Below are positions 7,988 through 18,005 of a stretch of DNA of 64,000 nt, in pieces. The DNA is from a virus, in IMG/VR virus record IMGVR_UViG_3300049172_000080, positions 31,701 through 95,700 of that record, one strand, 5' to 3'. How positions within the stretch are numbered: position 1 is the first letter of the stretch; each line of letters opens with the position of its first letter. Made by a program: the position numbers and the translations under genes. The notes beneath the pieces are model-generated. The model had not been told where the DNA came from. It saw only the letters and a program-made list of their open reading frames with translations, and did no database searches.

Positions 7988-8719
7988 ATGCCCCGGGACT
8001 GGCTGCTCCGCCAGAACAGCGAACTGCGCCGTGAAGGCATATTCAACTGGAGTCTCCCGGCTTGGGCGGGCCGGCTCCCCGACGGCCGGACGTACAACAC
8101 GTGTCCCTCCGCTTCCGCCTGCGCACCGCTCTGTTACGCGCGGCAGGGGACCTACCGCTTCCCGGGCGTCCTCGCCGCGCATGAGCGCAACCTCATGATG
8201 ATTCTGGACGACCTGCCCGGCTGGGAGCGGCGGATGGAAGAGGAGCTAAACCATCCACGTTTCCGGGGCAACCACGTGCGCATCCACGACAGTGGGGATT
8301 TCCTCAGCTTGGAGTACCTGGACGCCTGGCTGCGCATCATGCGCTACGTCCCTGCGACCTCCTTCTACGCGTACACCAAGGAGATCACCCTGTTTCGCGA
8401 GAGGGTGGAACCCGATCCGCCGGCGAACTTCCACTGGTGCTACTCCCTGGGTGGTACGCAGGACCGCCTCATCGACCGCGAGCACGACCGTCACGCCGAC
8501 GTCTTCCCCGACGAAGGCGCCATCGCTGAGGCAGGGTATGCCTCACAAGAGAAGTCCGATCTTCTGGCCATCTACGGCCCGCCGAAGATGGGCATCCCCG
8601 CCAACAACATCCGCCACCTGCGCCGCCGTCAGGGCATGGCCAGCTTCGGCGACTTGCAGGAGCAGCGTGACAACCGCCGACGCGGTCCCGGCAAGCAGTA
8701 CCGCCCCGGGCGGCCGTAG
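7988..8719 (+). CDS. Cys-rich phage protein (possibly Gp88-like family)
   Basis: ATG after GGGAGAACGAG. Motifs CPSASACAPLCYARQG, IHDSGDF and YAYTKE. The family assignment is from memory only. Confidence 0.45.
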   Translation: MPRDWLLRQNSELRREGIFNWSLPAWAGRLPDGRTYNTCPSASACAPLCYARQGTYRFPGVLAAHERNLMMILDDLPGWERRMEEELNHPRFRGNHVRIHDSGDFLSLEYLDAWLRIMRYVPATSFYAYTKEITLFRERVEPDPPANFHWCYSLGGTQDRLIDREHDRHADVFPDEGAIAEAGYASQEKSDLLAIYGPPKMGIPANNIRHLRRRQGMASFGDLQEQRDNRRRGPGKQYRPGRP

Positions 8720-8794
8720 CCCGTTTGCCGTGAAAACGGCTATTCGGATGATCGCGGCTACCATGCCCTCCGATCCGAACCGGGGAGGTATGCC

Positions 8795-10651
8795 GTGCCG
8801 TGGTACGACGCATTCCGGGGGCGTGTGGCCCGGGAGCCTGCCCCGCTGCCCCAGTCGCCGCCGGAGGCGCTGACGGCCGCCGCTGCTCCGCCTCCCGGCC
8901 CCGAGACCAAGTTCCTGCGCCGCACAGAGCAGTGGCAGGAGGAGGTCTGGCGCTTCCACGACACGCTCGGCGAGTTCAATTACGGCGTCGGGTGGTTGGC
9001 CAACATGCTGTCCCGGGTGCGCCTGCGCGCCGGCCGCCTGAAGCCGGGCTCCGATGAACCGGACATCGTCACCTCCGGTACGGCCGCTGACCTGATGATG
9101 CTGTTCGGCGGAGGGGTCGCCAGTCAGTCACAGCTCATGAGGCGCCTGACCGTACAGCTCTCCCTCCCGGGCGAGGGGTACCTGGTCGGCGAGACAGTGG
9201 GCAAGACCGAACGCTGGCAGGTCCGTTCCGTCGACGAGATCCGCGTGCAGTCCGGCAAATACCAGGTGATGGACGAAGAAAGCGCCACCACCGGCCAGGA
9301 CTGGCGCGACCTCGCCGAGGATCACCACGTCGTCCGCGTCTGGCGCCCGCACGACCGGTACTACCACATGGCAGACTCCCCGGCGCGCAGCGCCCGCGAC
9401 ATCATGCGAGAGCTGGAGCTGGTCAACCGGAAGATCACGGCCGAGTACCTCTCCCGCCTGGCCTCCGCCGGACTCCTCCTGCTCCCCGATGAGCTGAGCT
9501 TCCCGGTCCGCGAGGAGTTCGCCAACGACCCGGACAATGCCAACCCGCTGATGTCCGAGTGGATCGAGATTGCCGCGACGGCGATCCAGAACCCGGGAAC
9601 CGCGTCCGCCGTGGTTCCCATTCCGCTGGTCGGTCCGGCCGAGGCGATCGACAAGGTCAAGCACGTCGACTTCACGTTGAAGATCGACGAAAAGATTATC
9701 GAGAAGCGGGACAGCGCGATCAAGCGCCTGGCAACCAAGTTGGACATGCCGGCCGACGTGCTACTGGGTCTGGGTGACGTCAACCACTGGTCTGCCTGGC
9801 AGTTGGAGGAGGGCGCTCTCAAGACGCATATCGCCCCCATCGCTGAGCTGATCTGCGACGCCCTCACGCGCGGCTATCTCCAGCCCCGGCTGGAGGCGTC
9901 CGGCGAGGATCCGGCCGCCTGGGTCGTCTGGTACGACATGAGCGAGCTGGCTCTGAGCCCGGACCGCAGCGGCAACGCGACTCTGGCCTACGACCGGATG
10001 GAGCTGGGTGGCGCCGCGTACCGGCGAGAGCTGGGGTTCGACGAGGACGACGCGCCTTCGCCCGAAGACTTGAAGGAACAGGCCCTGAAGGTCATCATCC
10101 GCACGCTGCCGTCCGGCGCCGCGTCCGCCCTCGCCCAGCTCATCAGCGAGGACGTCCCGCAGATCGTCCCCGTCTCCCCGCAGGACCCCGGGACCGCCGA
10201 GGCCGTGCAGCAAGGCGACACCCCGCCGCCGGCGAACCAGCAGCCGACCGAGGAGGGCGCGGGCCGCGCGGCGCCGCCGTCCGACGAGCCGTCGCCGACG
10301 CAGGACCGCACCGGGCCGCCCTCCCGGGACCAGCGCGCCACGGCCGAGCGGGCGCAGCTCCTCGTGCAGCAGGCCCGGACGCAGCACATGCTCCGAGTCG
10401 GTGCGGCCAACCGGTGGGACCTGCTGCATCCCGGCATCTGCGGCGAGCACGAGTACTCCTGCCCGTTCACACACGCAGTCGCCACGGCGGCCCCGTCCGT
10501 ACGGCCCGGGACGTCGGGGACGTACCTGTGCCACCTGGACGCCTTCGGCCGCCTAGTTCTCGACGGCCGTAGTCCCTACGCGGACACCGCCGCCATGATC
10601 TCCACGTCACTGGTACCGAGGGCGGTGAACGGCCATGCCCCCGCGCACTGA
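8795..10651 (+). CDS. portal protein
   Basis: 618 aa with a GTG start after GGGGAGG. Lies immediately upstream of the MuF/protease fusion and the capsid gene. Pro/Gln-rich C-terminal tail. Confidence 0.7.
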   Translation: MPWYDAFRGRVAREPAPLPQSPPEALTAAAAPPPGPETKFLRRTEQWQEEVWRFHDTLGEFNYGVGWLANMLSRVRLRAGRLKPGSDEPDIVTSGTAADLMMLFGGGVASQSQLMRRLTVQLSLPGEGYLVGETVGKTERWQVRSVDEIRVQSGKYQVMDEESATTGQDWRDLAEDHHVVRVWRPHDRYYHMADSPARSARDIMRELELVNRKITAEYLSRLASAGLLLLPDELSFPVREEFANDPDNANPLMSEWIEIAATAIQNPGTASAVVPIPLVGPAEAIDKVKHVDFTLKIDEKIIEKRDSAIKRLATKLDMPADVLLGLGDVNHWSAWQLEEGALKTHIAPIAELICDALTRGYLQPRLEASGEDPAAWVVWYDMSELALSPDRSGNATLAYDRMELGGAAYRRELGFDEDDAPSPEDLKEQALKVIIRTLPSGAASALAQLISEDVPQIVPVSPQDPGTAEAVQQGDTPPPANQQPTEEGAGRAAPPSDEPSPTQDRTGPPSRDQRATAERAQLLVQQARTQHMLRVGAANRWDLLHPGICGEHEYSCPFTHAVATAAPSVRPGTSGTYLCHLDAFGRLVLDGRSPYADTAAMISTSLVPRAVNGHAPAH

Positions 10652-13622
10652 CCACCAGCACCCGCCGCTCGTGACGGCAGCCGCCGACGGCTCGCACACG
10701 CAGGGCTGCATGATCGCCCTCATGCCGGCGGCAGAGAACGCAGAACGCTTGGCGATACCGGGCGGGGAACCGGCCGAGGAGCTGCACTGCACGCTGCGCT
10801 ATCTGGGCAAGGCAGACACGCACGGCGCTGACGCGCGCACGTCCCTCATAGAGGAGATGCGCAGGCTCAGCCGAGATCTTCCGCCGATCACGTCCAAGAT
10901 CTTCGGGGCCGCGCACTGGAACGGTAATGGCCCCGAGCCGTCATGGGTGTGGTCCGTAGGGGACCTGCCTGACGGGGTGTCTTTGAACGCCGCTCACGAG
11001 ATGGCCAACGAAGCCGTGTGGGCGACGGCCCTTGAAGTCCCCCGACCGCACAGCCCCTGGGTCGCCCACATCTGCGCCGCGTACAGCGATGACCCGGAAT
11101 TCCTCGCGGAGATGGAGCAGCGGCTCGGCGAGGTGACGTTCGACCGCATCCGGGTCAGCTTCGGTGACGAAGACCACGACATCCCGCTGACCGGCGACGC
11201 GGTGACGGCCGCCGCCGGGCCGTTGCGTCGGGAGCCGACCGAGCTGGAGATGGCTTCGCGCGTCGACTTCGCCTCCGTGCACCGCGAGTGGGAGGCGGCG
11301 ACGAACCGGGCGATGCAGTCACTGAGGTCTACGACGGCCGCCTGGCGCCTGGACCTGCGGCAGCAAATCGCCCGCGACCTCGCCGACGACGCCCTGGACT
11401 CCATCCCCGAGCTGACCCTGGACAGCCGGGCCGCCACGGCCACGCTGCTCAGCCTCATGGAGGAGTACGCGGTCAAGGCCGGTCGGGCGTGCCAGCGCGA
11501 GGCGGAGCAGCAAGGCATCGCCGTGCCGGACTGGTCACTGCCCGACGGCGGCGAAGACGCGGTCACCGCCGCGCTCACCGGGCGGCGACTGCTGACGTCC
11601 GTCGCGGAGCTGACCAGCGACCTCATGTCCGGCGCATTGCTGACGGCCGCGAAGCGGAAACTCTCCGGCCTGCTGCGCTCGAACCGGCCGACGAACCAGA
11701 TCGCTGCCGAGGTGGATCGGGAGCTGGCCACGGTCGACGACACCACCGTGCGCGCCGCCGTGGGCTCCGCGATGACGGCCGCTCAGAACGCCGGACGGTA
11801 CGCCGTGATGGAAGCCGCTCCGCTGGCGCAGTCGTACGTGGCCAGCGAGATCCTGGACCGCCGCACGTGCGAGCCGTGCAAGGACATCGACGGCCGTACC
11901 TTCACCTCCCTGGACGGCGCCGTGGCGGAGTACCCGGTCATGGGCTACCGCGACTGCACCGGCGCCCGCTACGGCAACGCCTGTCGTGGCTTCATCATCG
12001 CCGTCTGGCAGGAAGTGCGAAGCCCGGCGACTACGGCGAGCGCCGATACCCAACCGGCCGCACAGGACGCGGCGAAAGGAGATCAGTCCATGACGACCGA
12101 AGCAGCGACCGAAGCGACCGAGGCCCTGAGCAAGGGCGACCCGAACCCTGGCACGCCGAAGGACAAGCGGCTCAAGGAGAACCAGAAGGCGGCCGAGGAG
12201 AAGCAGTGCCCGCCCGGCATGGAGCTGGACGAGGAGTCTGGCGAGTGCGTGCCGGAGTCCGATGAGGAAGAGGCGGCCGGGGGCACGACGGCGCTGCGCG
12301 GCGAGCACGGCCCGGAGACCCTGGCCCACGGCGCGGCGGCTGACGCCGAGAAGGTGACCGGCCCGCCGGTCAGCGAGATGGGCGCCGGGGACACCGCGCC
12401 GTGGCGTGGCCCGCTGACCGTGGAGGGCATAGAGACCGGCGACGGCCGCGAGTTCAAGCCGGACGCACTCACCTGGGCTGATCTGCCTCTGCCGCTGCGC
12501 TGGAACAAAGAGGACTCCCACGGCGGGGAACCGCACACCGTGGCGGTCAATGTCGGCCGCATCGACAAGGTGTGGCGCGAGGACGGCGGCCTGGTCATGG
12601 GCGAGGGCGTGCTGGACCTGTCCACCGAGGACGGCCGCACCGTCCACGGCAAGATCAAGGGCCAATTCCTGCGCGGGGTGTCCGTGGACGTTGACTCCAT
12701 CAAGGACGCCGACATGGAGCTGGTGTGGCCGGCCGACCCGGACGCCGACGGCGAGGGCTCCCCGTTCGACATGCTGTTCGCGTCGCCGGAAAAGGTGGTT
12801 TTCAACCGAGGCCGCATCCGCGCGGCGACGCTGGTGGACATCCCGGCGTTCGCCGAGGCGTACATCGCGTTGCTGGACGAGGCGGGGGCCGTCGTCGCCG
12901 GCGGGGAGCCGATCGGCGCGGTGCGTGAGACGCGTGTCCGGTCGGTTCAGGCGCGCACGGTGGAGGCGCCGCTGCGTCCGCCGGCCGGCTGGTTCGCCAA
13001 CCCGGGTCTGTCCGTGCCGACGGGGATTACCGTCACGCCGGAGGGTCGGGTCTACGGGCACGCCGCGCTGTGGGGGACGTGTCACATCGGGCAGGAGGGT
13101 GTGTGCGTCACCCCGCCGCACGAGGAGTCCCACCCGTACTACATGACCGGCAACGTCTGGACGGAGGACGGCTCGTCGGTGTCCGTCGGCCAGATCACCG
13201 TCGGCACCGGGCACGCGCCACTGTCCTACGGCTACCGGGCGGCGGCTGACCATTACGACAACACCGGCGCGGCCGTGGCCGACGTCGCGGTGGGCAACGA
13301 CGCGCACGGTATCTGGGTCGCCGGGTCCATCCGCCCCAAGACCCCGGAGTCGCGCATCCACGAGCTGCGCGCGGCTGGTCAGGTGTCCGGCGACTGGCGC
13401 CGCATCGGCGGGAACCTGCGCCTGGTGGGTCTGCTCGCGGTGAACGTCCCCGGCTTCCCGGTCCCCAAGCTGAAGACGCACCTGACGTCCGGTCAGCAGC
13501 TCGCCCTCGTCGCGGCGGGTATCCCGCAGCTCAGTGAATCGCTGAGCGAGGAGGAGCTGGACCAGTGGGCTTACCGCCGCGTCCTCAAGACCCTGTCCCG
13601 ACAGGTACACGGAGAGGAGTGA
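10635..13622 (+). CDS. 2H-phosphoesterase (LigT-like) / MuF-like / capsid maturation protease fusion protein
   Basis: N-terminal LHCTLRYLG and VAHICAAY (HxT/HxC) motifs. Central MuF-type segment: RRTCEPCKDIDGRTF..GYRDCTG..CRGFII. C-terminal prohead-protease-like segment: PLRWNKEDSHGG..GHAALWGTCHIG. Confidence 0.7.
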   Translation: MPPRTDHQHPPLVTAAADGSHTQGCMIALMPAAENAERLAIPGGEPAEELHCTLRYLGKADTHGADARTSLIEEMRRLSRDLPPITSKIFGAAHWNGNGPEPSWVWSVGDLPDGVSLNAAHEMANEAVWATALEVPRPHSPWVAHICAAYSDDPEFLAEMEQRLGEVTFDRIRVSFGDEDHDIPLTGDAVTAAAGPLRREPTELEMASRVDFASVHREWEAATNRAMQSLRSTTAAWRLDLRQQIARDLADDALDSIPELTLDSRAATATLLSLMEEYAVKAGRACQREAEQQGIAVPDWSLPDGGEDAVTAALTGRRLLTSVAELTSDLMSGALLTAAKRKLSGLLRSNRPTNQIAAEVDRELATVDDTTVRAAVGSAMTAAQNAGRYAVMEAAPLAQSYVASEILDRRTCEPCKDIDGRTFTSLDGAVAEYPVMGYRDCTGARYGNACRGFIIAVWQEVRSPATTASADTQPAAQDAAKGDQSMTTEAATEATEALSKGDPNPGTPKDKRLKENQKAAEEKQCPPGMELDEESGECVPESDEEEAAGGTTALRGEHGPETLAHGAAADAEKVTGPPVSEMGAGDTAPWRGPLTVEGIETGDGREFKPDALTWADLPLPLRWNKEDSHGGEPHTVAVNVGRIDKVWREDGGLVMGEGVLDLSTEDGRTVHGKIKGQFLRGVSVDVDSIKDADMELVWPADPDADGEGSPFDMLFASPEKVVFNRGRIRAATLVDIPAFAEAYIALLDEAGAVVAGGEPIGAVRETRVRSVQARTVEAPLRPPAGWFANPGLSVPTGITVTPEGRVYGHAALWGTCHIGQEGVCVTPPHEESHPYYMTGNVWTEDGSSVSVGQITVGTGHAPLSYGYRAAADHYDNTGAAVADVAVGNDAHGIWVAGSIRPKTPESRIHELRAAGQVSGDWRRIGGNLRLVGLLAVNVPGFPVPKLKTHLTSGQQLALVAAGIPQLSESLSEEELDQWAYRRVLKTLSRQVHGEE

Positions 13623-13701
13623 TCACAATGTGTGGCTGCAACCGTCCCGCACCGCCCCCGCCGCCGCAGCCGGAACCGATCGGCGGCTGACCAGCGACAA
13701 C

Positions 13702-13743
13702 GGCCGAATCGTCAGAGTCCTTGTGACTTTTGGCGATTCGGCC
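13702..13743 (+). other. Stem-loop in the leader of the capsid gene
   Basis: GGCCGAATCG / CGATTCGGCC 10-bp stem with a loop of about 22 nt, within the 177-bp gap before the capsid gene. Confidence 0.35.
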
Positions 13744-13799
13744 GTTTGTATGTACGGTGCGCGCCGACTTGATCTCGGCAGCTTCCCACGGAGGTTTCA

Positions 13800-15590
13800 G
13801 TGCCGGAACCGGAGCTTTTCACCGCACCTGACGACCTCTCCCTGGTGGGCGAGGCCGATCTGCGCGAACTGGAGACCAACGCGGTCGGCGAGTTCGACCG
13901 CGTCAATGGCCTCCAGCACATCACGCCCGAACACATCAGCTACAGCGAACGCCTCACGCGCGACCTGGACCGCATCCGCGCCGAGCTGCGCGTGCGCGCG
14001 GTCCGCGCGGAGGAAGAGGCCGCCACCGCACAGCAGGAGGCGACGCGGCGCATGGCGCTGCTGCGTCAGTCCGTGCACGCCGGTGAGGGCGGCGGAGGCG
14101 GTGACGGAGGCGAGGGCGCCGCCCCCGTCACCGCCGGCGGCCGTGTCGACCTCGCGGCGCTGACCGAGGCCACGGCCAAGGGCGTGGCGTCGATCCTGTT
14201 CGGAGACCAGGCGCCGGAGTCCGTGCGCAAGCGCGTCGCCTCCCTGTCGCAGGTGCGTGAGCGCGCCCCGCAGGCCAAGGCACCGAACGCGCAGACCATG
14301 GCCGTGACGGCCAGCGTTGACATCCCCGGCGTGGCGGCCGGCCAGTCCATGCCGACGCTGGAGGCCCTGGGCGAGGCGTTCCGCGCCAAGGCCAAGGCAG
14401 TCCCCACCACGCAGTACGGCGATCGTGGCGCACCGCGCCACCTGGTGGCCTCGGTGCGCAACCAGTTCGACCACACCGTGGACGACCGCACCTCCGCCTC
14501 CACGGTGGAGGAGCTGTGGCACTCGATGACGCAGGCGGGCGGCAAGGCCGAGGCCCTGCTGGCCGGCGGTGGCTGGTGCGCCCCGTCGGAAGTCTCCTAC
14601 GACTTCTTCAACATCGCCGACACTCCGGTGGGTCTCGTCGACCTGCCGACCGTCGGCGTTTCCCGGGGCGGCATCCGCTTCCCCGTCTCCCCGTCCATCG
14701 GGGACGTGTTCTTCCAGAACGCGGGCAGCAACCCGGCCTCCGGGTTCGGCGGGTTCGGCGTCACCTTCTCCAACGCGAGCGACCCGTGGCTGTGGACCGA
14801 GGCCGATGACATCGCCACCGTCACCGGCTCGGTGAACAAGCCGACCCTGCGCGTGCCGTGCCCGACGTTCGATGAGGCTCGGCTGGAGGCGTACGGCATC
14901 AGCCTCACCGCCGGTAACCTCACCGACGACGCGTACCCCGAAGCCACGCAGAACTTCATCAGGTTGCTGCGGGCCGCCTACGCGCACGTCATCAACGCCC
15001 GGCTCATCTCCCTCATGGTGGCCCGGTCCACCTCGGCGATCGCTCTTGGCGGGTCGAACAAGCCGGCCGCGCAGACCCTGCTCAACGGCGTGGAGCTGGC
15101 GGCGATCGACTACCGCGCCAAGTTCGCCATGCGTGAGGACGCGGTGCTGGAGGTCGTCCTGCCGCGCTGGACGCTCGCGGTCATCCGGGCCGACCTCGCC
15201 TGGCGGACCAAGGTGGAGCGGGAGTCGGTGTCGGACGCGCAGATCACAGCCTGGTTCACGGACCGGTCGGTGCGCCCGCAGTTCGTCTCCGACTGGCAGG
15301 TGCGCGGCTCCGGCCAGTTCGGCCGCGTGGACACGAACATGACGGCGTGGCCGACGGCGGTGGACTTCATGATGTACGCCGCCGGCACCTTCCTTCACGG
15401 CAACGGCCTCCAGCTCGACCTCGGCGTCATCCGCGACAGCGTGCTGAACGCGGAAAACGATTACACGGCCCTGTGGGCGGAGGAAGCGCACCTGGTCGCC
15501 AAGGTCGGCCACGAGTCCCGCCTGTACCGGGCGACGCTCGCGGTCAACGGCTCGGGCAGCGCTGACCAGACCCTCGGTCACCAGCTCTGA
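13800..15590 (+). CDS. major capsid protein (HK97-fold) with N-terminal scaffold-like delta domain
   Basis: 596 aa with a GTG start after GGAGG. Coiled Ala/Glu/Arg-rich N-terminus. GGWCAPSE..YDF and NAENDYTALWAEE segments are typical of actinophage capsid proteins. Confidence 0.75.
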   Translation: MPEPELFTAPDDLSLVGEADLRELETNAVGEFDRVNGLQHITPEHISYSERLTRDLDRIRAELRVRAVRAEEEAATAQQEATRRMALLRQSVHAGEGGGGGDGGEGAAPVTAGGRVDLAALTEATAKGVASILFGDQAPESVRKRVASLSQVRERAPQAKAPNAQTMAVTASVDIPGVAAGQSMPTLEALGEAFRAKAKAVPTTQYGDRGAPRHLVASVRNQFDHTVDDRTSASTVEELWHSMTQAGGKAEALLAGGGWCAPSEVSYDFFNIADTPVGLVDLPTVGVSRGGIRFPVSPSIGDVFFQNAGSNPASGFGGFGVTFSNASDPWLWTEADDIATVTGSVNKPTLRVPCPTFDEARLEAYGISLTAGNLTDDAYPEATQNFIRLLRAAYAHVINARLISLMVARSTSAIALGGSNKPAAQTLLNGVELAAIDYRAKFAMREDAVLEVVLPRWTLAVIRADLAWRTKVERESVSDAQITAWFTDRSVRPQFVSDWQVRGSGQFGRVDTNMTAWPTAVDFMMYAAGTFLHGNGLQLDLGVIRDSVLNAENDYTALWAEEAHLVAKVGHESRLYRATLAVNGSGSADQTLGHQL

Positions 15591-15624
15591 GTCCTGACCG
15601 CAGCAGCAACGGGAGGAGCGTGAC

Positions 15625-16512
15625 GTGGCCGGTATCCGGGGCATAGTCGACGGGCCGGACTTCGTCGCGCTCCCGAACATCCTGTGGGACGCCGCTCAGC
15701 ACCCCGCTCCGGCGGGGCCGCACTGGCAGCAGGGCGTGACCTGGACGGACTGGTGCGGCGGCGCGCAGACGACCTACGCGGACGAGTGCATCGCCGTCAC
15801 CGGTACGGACGGTGCCGTTCCGGCCGCTCCGCCGTTGGAGCCGACGGCGAGCGGCGTGGACCGTGGGGCAACCGCCTTCACGGTGTACGCCGCGTTCGAT
15901 TGTTCGCTGATCGGCCTGCCCGACGTGGACCAGGCAGTGCAGGCGCTGGACCGCAGCGAGGCCTTCCAGGTGGGCCGCGCGTTCTGGACGGGGCAGGCTG
16001 GCGGACAGGCCACGGTGTGGCCGCACCTGGCCGCCGACGACGATCTGGACGACCCGCACGGCATTCGCCTTCAGACGGCTGCCGACACGGTGGTGGCGAC
16101 AGCCAGCGACGCGGCCACGGTAGTCGGCCGCCTGGACGGAGCACTCGCCGACCAGTACGGCGGGGAAGGCGTGGTCCACGTTCCCGTGGTCGCCCTGGCC
16201 ACTCTGACGTCCCGGGACCTTGTCCGTCAGGAAGCGAACGGGGTGCTGCGCACCCCCGGCGGGCACCGGGTCGTCGCGGCGGCCGGGTACACCGGGTCCG
16301 GCCCGGACGGCGCCGCCTCTCCGGACGGCTCGGCGTGGATCTACGCCACCGGCGCCCTGTTCGGCTACCGCTCGGACGTCGCGGTACGGGACTTCCCCGG
16401 CACGTTCGACCGGTCCAACAACACCGTCCGCAAACAGGCGTCCCGTACGTACCTCTTCGGCTGGGAGTGCGCACATCTCGCAGCCCTGATGACTCTCGGC
16501 GTACCCACGTAA
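15625..16512 (+). CDS. virion-associated hypothetical protein (295 aa)
   Basis: GTG start after GGGAGGAG. Assigned by position in the structural operon. Confidence 0.5.
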   Translation: MAGIRGIVDGPDFVALPNILWDAAQHPAPAGPHWQQGVTWTDWCGGAQTTYADECIAVTGTDGAVPAAPPLEPTASGVDRGATAFTVYAAFDCSLIGLPDVDQAVQALDRSEAFQVGRAFWTGQAGGQATVWPHLAADDDLDDPHGIRLQTAADTVVATASDAATVVGRLDGALADQYGGEGVVHVPVVALATLTSRDLVRQEANGVLRTPGGHRVVAAAGYTGSGPDGAASPDGSAWIYATGALFGYRSDVAVRDFPGTFDRSNNTVRKQASRTYLFGWECAHLAALMTLGVPT

Positions 16513-16522
16513 GGGGTGAACA

Positions 16523-17218
16523 GTGGTAGCAACCGTGGCTTCGGCCGCCACCGCGATCAAGGGCACGCACGCCCGAATCGTCCGCGTGGACGCCTGCGGC
16601 AACCCGGTCACCGGGACGGGATCCATGGTCGTCGTGACCAAGGGTTTTGTTCAGGTGCAAATGGAACCTCAGTACGAGGACGGCGAAGAGTTCTTTGAAA
16701 GGACTGCTGACGGCACTCCTTGCGTGAACCAGAAGGACGATCCTGTGCTGAAGCGAATGCAGCTCACGATCGACTTCTGTGAAATCAACACCACCGGGGT
16801 CGCGTACCTCGCGAGCGCGAGGGAGCTGACCGTCAACGGCGCCGGGGTGACCGGGACCGGCTTCGCCTTCGCGGAGGGCTCGCCGTCAAACCGGTATTCC
16901 CTGGAGGTGTGGCAGCGCGTAGCGGGGTCGGGCTCGTGCGACCCGTCCGGAGCGCAGCGCTACATCTACAACGCGTGGCCCAACGTGGGCGCCTCGCGCA
17001 TCGGCTCGTACACGGTGGAGAACGGCCGCTCCACCATGCAGGTCCTGTCCGAGACGCAGGCGGTGTCCACGACACCGGTCATCGGGTGGGGTAACGGGCC
17101 CGGGGCCACGTCGTGGCTGCCGACCGGCGAGACAGCACAGGCCGGCGAGCACTGGCTGTGGAACATCACCACTACGGCTCCGCCCGACCCGCAGGTCAAC
17201 CCGCTGACCCTGACGTGA
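16523..17218 (+). CDS. virion structural protein (possible tail tube / major tail protein)
   Basis: 231 aa, beta-rich composition. No other tail-tube candidate sits before the chaperone genes. Assignment is tentative. Confidence 0.35.
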   Translation: MVATVASAATAIKGTHARIVRVDACGNPVTGTGSMVVVTKGFVQVQMEPQYEDGEEFFERTADGTPCVNQKDDPVLKRMQLTIDFCEINTTGVAYLASARELTVNGAGVTGTGFAFAEGSPSNRYSLEVWQRVAGSGSCDPSGAQRYIYNAWPNVGASRIGSYTVENGRSTMQVLSETQAVSTTPVIGWGNGPGATSWLPTGETAQAGEHWLWNITTTAPPDPQVNPLTLT

Positions 17219-17508
17219 TCCTGACCCGCGAGCAGCACTGGGTCTGCCCCAACTGTGACCGTGCGGAGGTTACGGAGGGGGCAGACAACCGTTTCCACAC
17301 CTGTGCCGGCCTCGCCGGGCTGCTCGCCCCGATGGTCCTGGAGGGGACGCGGGTCAGCGTGAGGGCTGTGGTCCGGGAGGACTACGTAGGTAGCGAGGAC
17401 GTGCGGTACGACGGCGAGGGCCGGCCGGTGATGGCCGTGGTCACGGAGCGGGACGACGGCATGGACCGTGCAGTCTTCGCCCCCACGGCCCGAGTGACGA
17501 GGGGCTGA
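17215..17508 (+). CDS. small Cys-containing protein (97 aa)
   Basis: The GTG start overlaps the upstream stop (GTGA). CPNC...HTC putative zinc site. Confidence 0.5.
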   Translation: MILTREQHWVCPNCDRAEVTEGADNRFHTCAGLAGLLAPMVLEGTRVSVRAVVREDYVGSEDVRYDGEGRPVMAVVTERDDGMDRAVFAPTARVTRG

Positions 17509-17512
17509 ACCG

Positions 17513-17995
17513 ATGGCGTGGACGGACAGCAGGGCTTTCAGGGCGTGGATCTCGGGCCCGATGATGCAGGCCTCCGGGACCGGCTACACCGGCCTGGACA
17601 GCGACACGCTCAAGGCCGCGCTGTTCGACAACACTGTCACCCCGGACCGTGACGCGGCCGTCGCCGATACCGGATACGGAGTGGGCACCTGGACGACCGC
17701 GCGGGAAATCACCGGCGGTGCCAACTGGGCTGCGGGCGGCCGTACACTCACCGGCAAGACGGTCTCCACCCCGAGTCCCGGCGTGGTGATGTTCGACGCG
17801 GCCGACCTTGCCGCCGGTGGCACCCTCACCTTGTCCGATGCCTACGGCTGTCTCGTCTACGACGACTCCATCACCGGCGGCACGGTCGCCGACCAAGGTG
17901 TGGCCTACTTCTACTTCGGCGGCCCGCAACCGGTCGTCTCCGGCTCGTTCACTGTGGTCTGGTCCAGCAGCGGCCTGCTCCAGTTCGAGGCGTAA
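17513..17995 (+). CDS. virion-associated hypothetical protein (160 aa)
   Basis: Tightly packed within the structural operon. Confidence 0.5.
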   Translation: MAWTDSRAFRAWISGPMMQASGTGYTGLDSDTLKAALFDNTVTPDRDAAVADTGYGVGTWTTAREITGGANWAAGGRTLTGKTVSTPSPGVVMFDAADLAAGGTLTLSDAYGCLVYDDSITGGTVADQGVAYFYFGGPQPVVSGSFTVVWSSSGLLQFEA

Positions 17996-18005
17996 GGGGT
18001 CTGCC

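Noticed and set aside
13628-13687. 19-codon ORF MCGCNRPAPPPPPQPEPIGG in the gap before the capsid gene.
   Set aside because: It is too short and has no RBS or leader motif. It is probably fortuitous.
11535-15680. Very long minus-strand ORFs (691 aa and 627 aa) across the MuF/protease and capsid genes.
   Set aside because: They are mirror-frame artefacts of high GC. Composition is dominated by R/G/A/P/H/V, and the plus-strand products carry recognisable structural-protein motifs.
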